Origin: Rhizobium phage RHph_TM40
Length of the DNA: 24,000 nt
Direction: 5' to 3' (one strand)
Sequence record: MN988522.1
Shown here: piece by piece, positions 22,336 to 24,000 of the stretch
Numbering within the stretch: the first letter of the stretch is position 1
How the letters are laid out: each line of letters opens with the position of its first letter
Made by a program: the position numbers and the translations under genes
Notes under the pieces: model-generated
What the model was told of the DNA's origin: nothing
Seen by the model: only the letters and a program-made list of their open reading frames with translations
Database searches by the model: none

Positions 22336-23244
22336 TTGAGAGAATTCTATATTAAGGAATTCTTGAAGCTGAATGAGACTGTAGACTTGAGATATCTTAA
22401 TAAGTATCTAGACGTTTGTTTAGGTACTTATGACAAAGACGTTAAATGTGAATATCATCACGTGCTACCTCGATCAATCTTCGTCGAACACAAGGAGAAT
22501 CCTAAGTTCGTAGTAAGGATATCGTTAAAAGCTCATTATCTAGCTCATAGAATTTTAACTAAAGCCATACCTAATAATGTTCAGATGAAACATGCACATT
22601 ATTTTATGTCTCATACTGAAAGATATAAAGGATTTGTGACTAGCAGAGTTTATGAGGTACTTAGAGAATTTCATTATCAGAAGAACTTAGGTAATAAGTA
22701 TAATCTAGGTAAGAAGAACTCAGACGAGACTAAACGTAAACGTACTGTTAGCTGGAAGAAATCTGTAGAAGCTAATCCTGAAGGCATGAATAAATTCTTA
22801 GAAAGAAATTTCGGAAATAAACATGCTCAAGGATGTAAGTGGATGCATAATCCTACTACAGATGAAACATCTTTAATACCATCTGATAAAATCCAGTCGA
22901 GACTATCTGAAGGATGGATATATGGTCGTAAATCCATAGTTGGACGTAGATGGAAAATGTCAGATCAAGGTAGAAGAAATGTGTCGGAGTCCAAGAAAGG
23001 ATCTACTCAGTCTGATTCTACTCGTCAAAAGAGATCTGAAGCTCTAAAAGGGAATAAAAATTCTCTTGGTTATAAACATTCGTCTGAAACTTCTAGAAAA
23101 TTATCTGATAAATTAAAAGGTAATAGTCGTACAAAAGGTTACAGATGGATGAGTTGTAATAATGTAAATAAACTTGTAGCTCCTGATGAATTTAATCAAT
23201 TGAGTTTATCAGGATGGAAATTCGGAAAATCTAAGGTATCATAG
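22336..23244 (+). CDS. HNH homing endonuclease with NUMOD-type DNA-binding repeats
   Basis: 'CEYHHVLPRSIF...VVRISLKAHYLAHRILTKA' HNH core. NUMOD3-like 'LGKKNSDETKRKRTVSWKKS', 'KKGSTQSDSTRQKRSEALKG', 'LGYKHSSETSRKLSDKLKGN'. Two 'GCKWM.../GYRWM...EGW.YG/SGWKFG' repeats. TTG start with GGAG upstream. AT-richer than neighbours. Confidence 0.87.
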   Translation: MREFYIKEFLKLNETVDLRYLNKYLDVCLGTYDKDVKCEYHHVLPRSIFVEHKENPKFVVRISLKAHYLAHRILTKAIPNNVQMKHAHYFMSHTERYKGFVTSRVYEVLREFHYQKNLGNKYNLGKKNSDETKRKRTVSWKKSVEANPEGMNKFLERNFGNKHAQGCKWMHNPTTDETSLIPSDKIQSRLSEGWIYGRKSIVGRRWKMSDQGRRNVSESKKGSTQSDSTRQKRSEALKGNKNSLGYKHSSETSRKLSDKLKGNSRTKGYRWMSCNNVNKLVAPDEFNQLSLSGWKFGKSKVS

Positions 23245-24000
23245 ATGTTTAACCTCAAAATTGATAATCCAAACTTGCACAGTATTCTTGAATCTCTGAG
23301 TGGGAAAAATATTGATTATTTTCACAATAATGGGAATTCAGGAGATTCAATAATATCGGTTGCAGCATATCAAACATTTGATAAGTTTGATATTAAAGTT
23401 TCGGCTTACAATAAACCTCGTGCTCATAAACAAACTAGTGACACACTCTTCATAGCCGGAGGGGGAAATCTTGTATCATATTACCCTGACTGTGAACGAG
23501 CTATCAAAGAGGGTATGAAGAAGTACGATAAAATTATTGTCCTTCCTCACTCTATCCGAGGTAAAGAAGAACTTCTCAAGAAGATGGATAAAAGGTTCAC
23601 AGTCTTTACTCGTGAAGTTCCATCTCATGAATACGTTAAGTCGATGGTCAGATCGGACGTAACTGTTCATCTTGAACATGATATGGCTTTCTTCATGGAT
23701 GTAAAAGCTATCTTTGAAGATCCTACGATCAATGAGAAAGCTAATAAATTCTACATTAATAAACTTCGATCAATCGGTCGAGGTCCTGAAGATGTTATTG
23801 GCAAGGATAATTACTGTTTCCGTGAAGACGTCGAAGCAGTTGTAGAGGTTAAGTCTTCTCAGAATGTCGATATCTCTCATCTGTTCGAAAGAGGATTGGA
23901 TCGTACGAACTCTTTCATCGCTGCTAATGCATTTCTAAAGTACATTGATGCTTCAAAGTCAATTACTACAAGTCGTCTTCATACAGGCATTGGTGCAGCT
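23245..24000 (+). CDS. Polysaccharide pyruvyl transferase-like protein (3'-truncated by window)
   Basis: Open frame from ATG 23245 to the window end (absent from the ORF track). MFNLKIDNPNLHSILESLSGKNIDYFHNNGNSGDSIISVAAYQ..., 'LFIAGGGNLVSYYPDCERAI', 'IIVLPHSIRG', 'SITTSRLHTGIGAA' (the ITxRLHxxI motif of the pyruvyl transferase family). Confidence 0.82.
   Translation, partial: MFNLKIDNPNLHSILESLSGKNIDYFHNNGNSGDSIISVAAYQTFDKFDIKVSAYNKPRAHKQTSDTLFIAGGGNLVSYYPDCERAIKEGMKKYDKIIVLPHSIRGKEELLKKMDKRFTVFTREVPSHEYVKSMVRSDVTVHLEHDMAFFMDVKAIFEDPTINEKANKFYINKLRSIGRGPEDVIGKDNYCFREDVEAVVEVKSSQNVDISHLFERGLDRTNSFIAANAFLKYIDASKSITTSRLHTGIGAA

Noticed and set aside
1-24000. CRISPR array, tRNA genes, IS/transposon ends, diversity-generating retroelement
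   Set aside because: No regularly spaced repeats, no cloverleaf candidates, no transposase or reverse transcriptase motifs seen in any frame by eye.

Overview
Every supportable gene in this window is on the + strand, and genes are tightly packed, often with TAATG/TGATG overlaps. The content fits a large T4-related (possibly jumbo) tailed-phage genome. Recognisable products are: a DnaQ-like 3'-5' exonuclease; an 'FGDN' conserved hypothetical; a single-ORF Mre11/Rad50 (SbcD-SbcC, gp47-gp46) fusion; a DksA/TraR zinc finger; a PAAR spike tip; a 751-aa VWA-domain protein; an HNH nuclease; an exported lytic transglycosylase; a UPF0213-type GIY-YIG protein; both subunits of a type II topoisomerase (gp52-like, and a fused gp39/gp60-like large subunit); an NAD-dependent epimerase; two probable glycosyltransferases; a ParM-like actin homologue; a DUF72 (YecE-like) protein overlapping a SLOG/DprA-like protein; a NUMOD-bearing HNH homing endonuclease; and a polysaccharide pyruvyl transferase-like protein that runs off the window end. 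The most interesting non-coding signal is a bipartite element, (G/A)CGAA-N14-GCCTTC(C/T), found five times on the same strand with invariant spacing (1247, 6789, 11818, 16752, 22281). Each copy lies at or just after the end of a gene or unit and 20-75 nt upstream of the next start codon. It is a candidate phage-specific promoter or leader element. Strong intrinsic terminators lie at 6735-6777, 9177-9226 and 20604-20643. No tRNAs or CRISPR arrays were recognised by eye.
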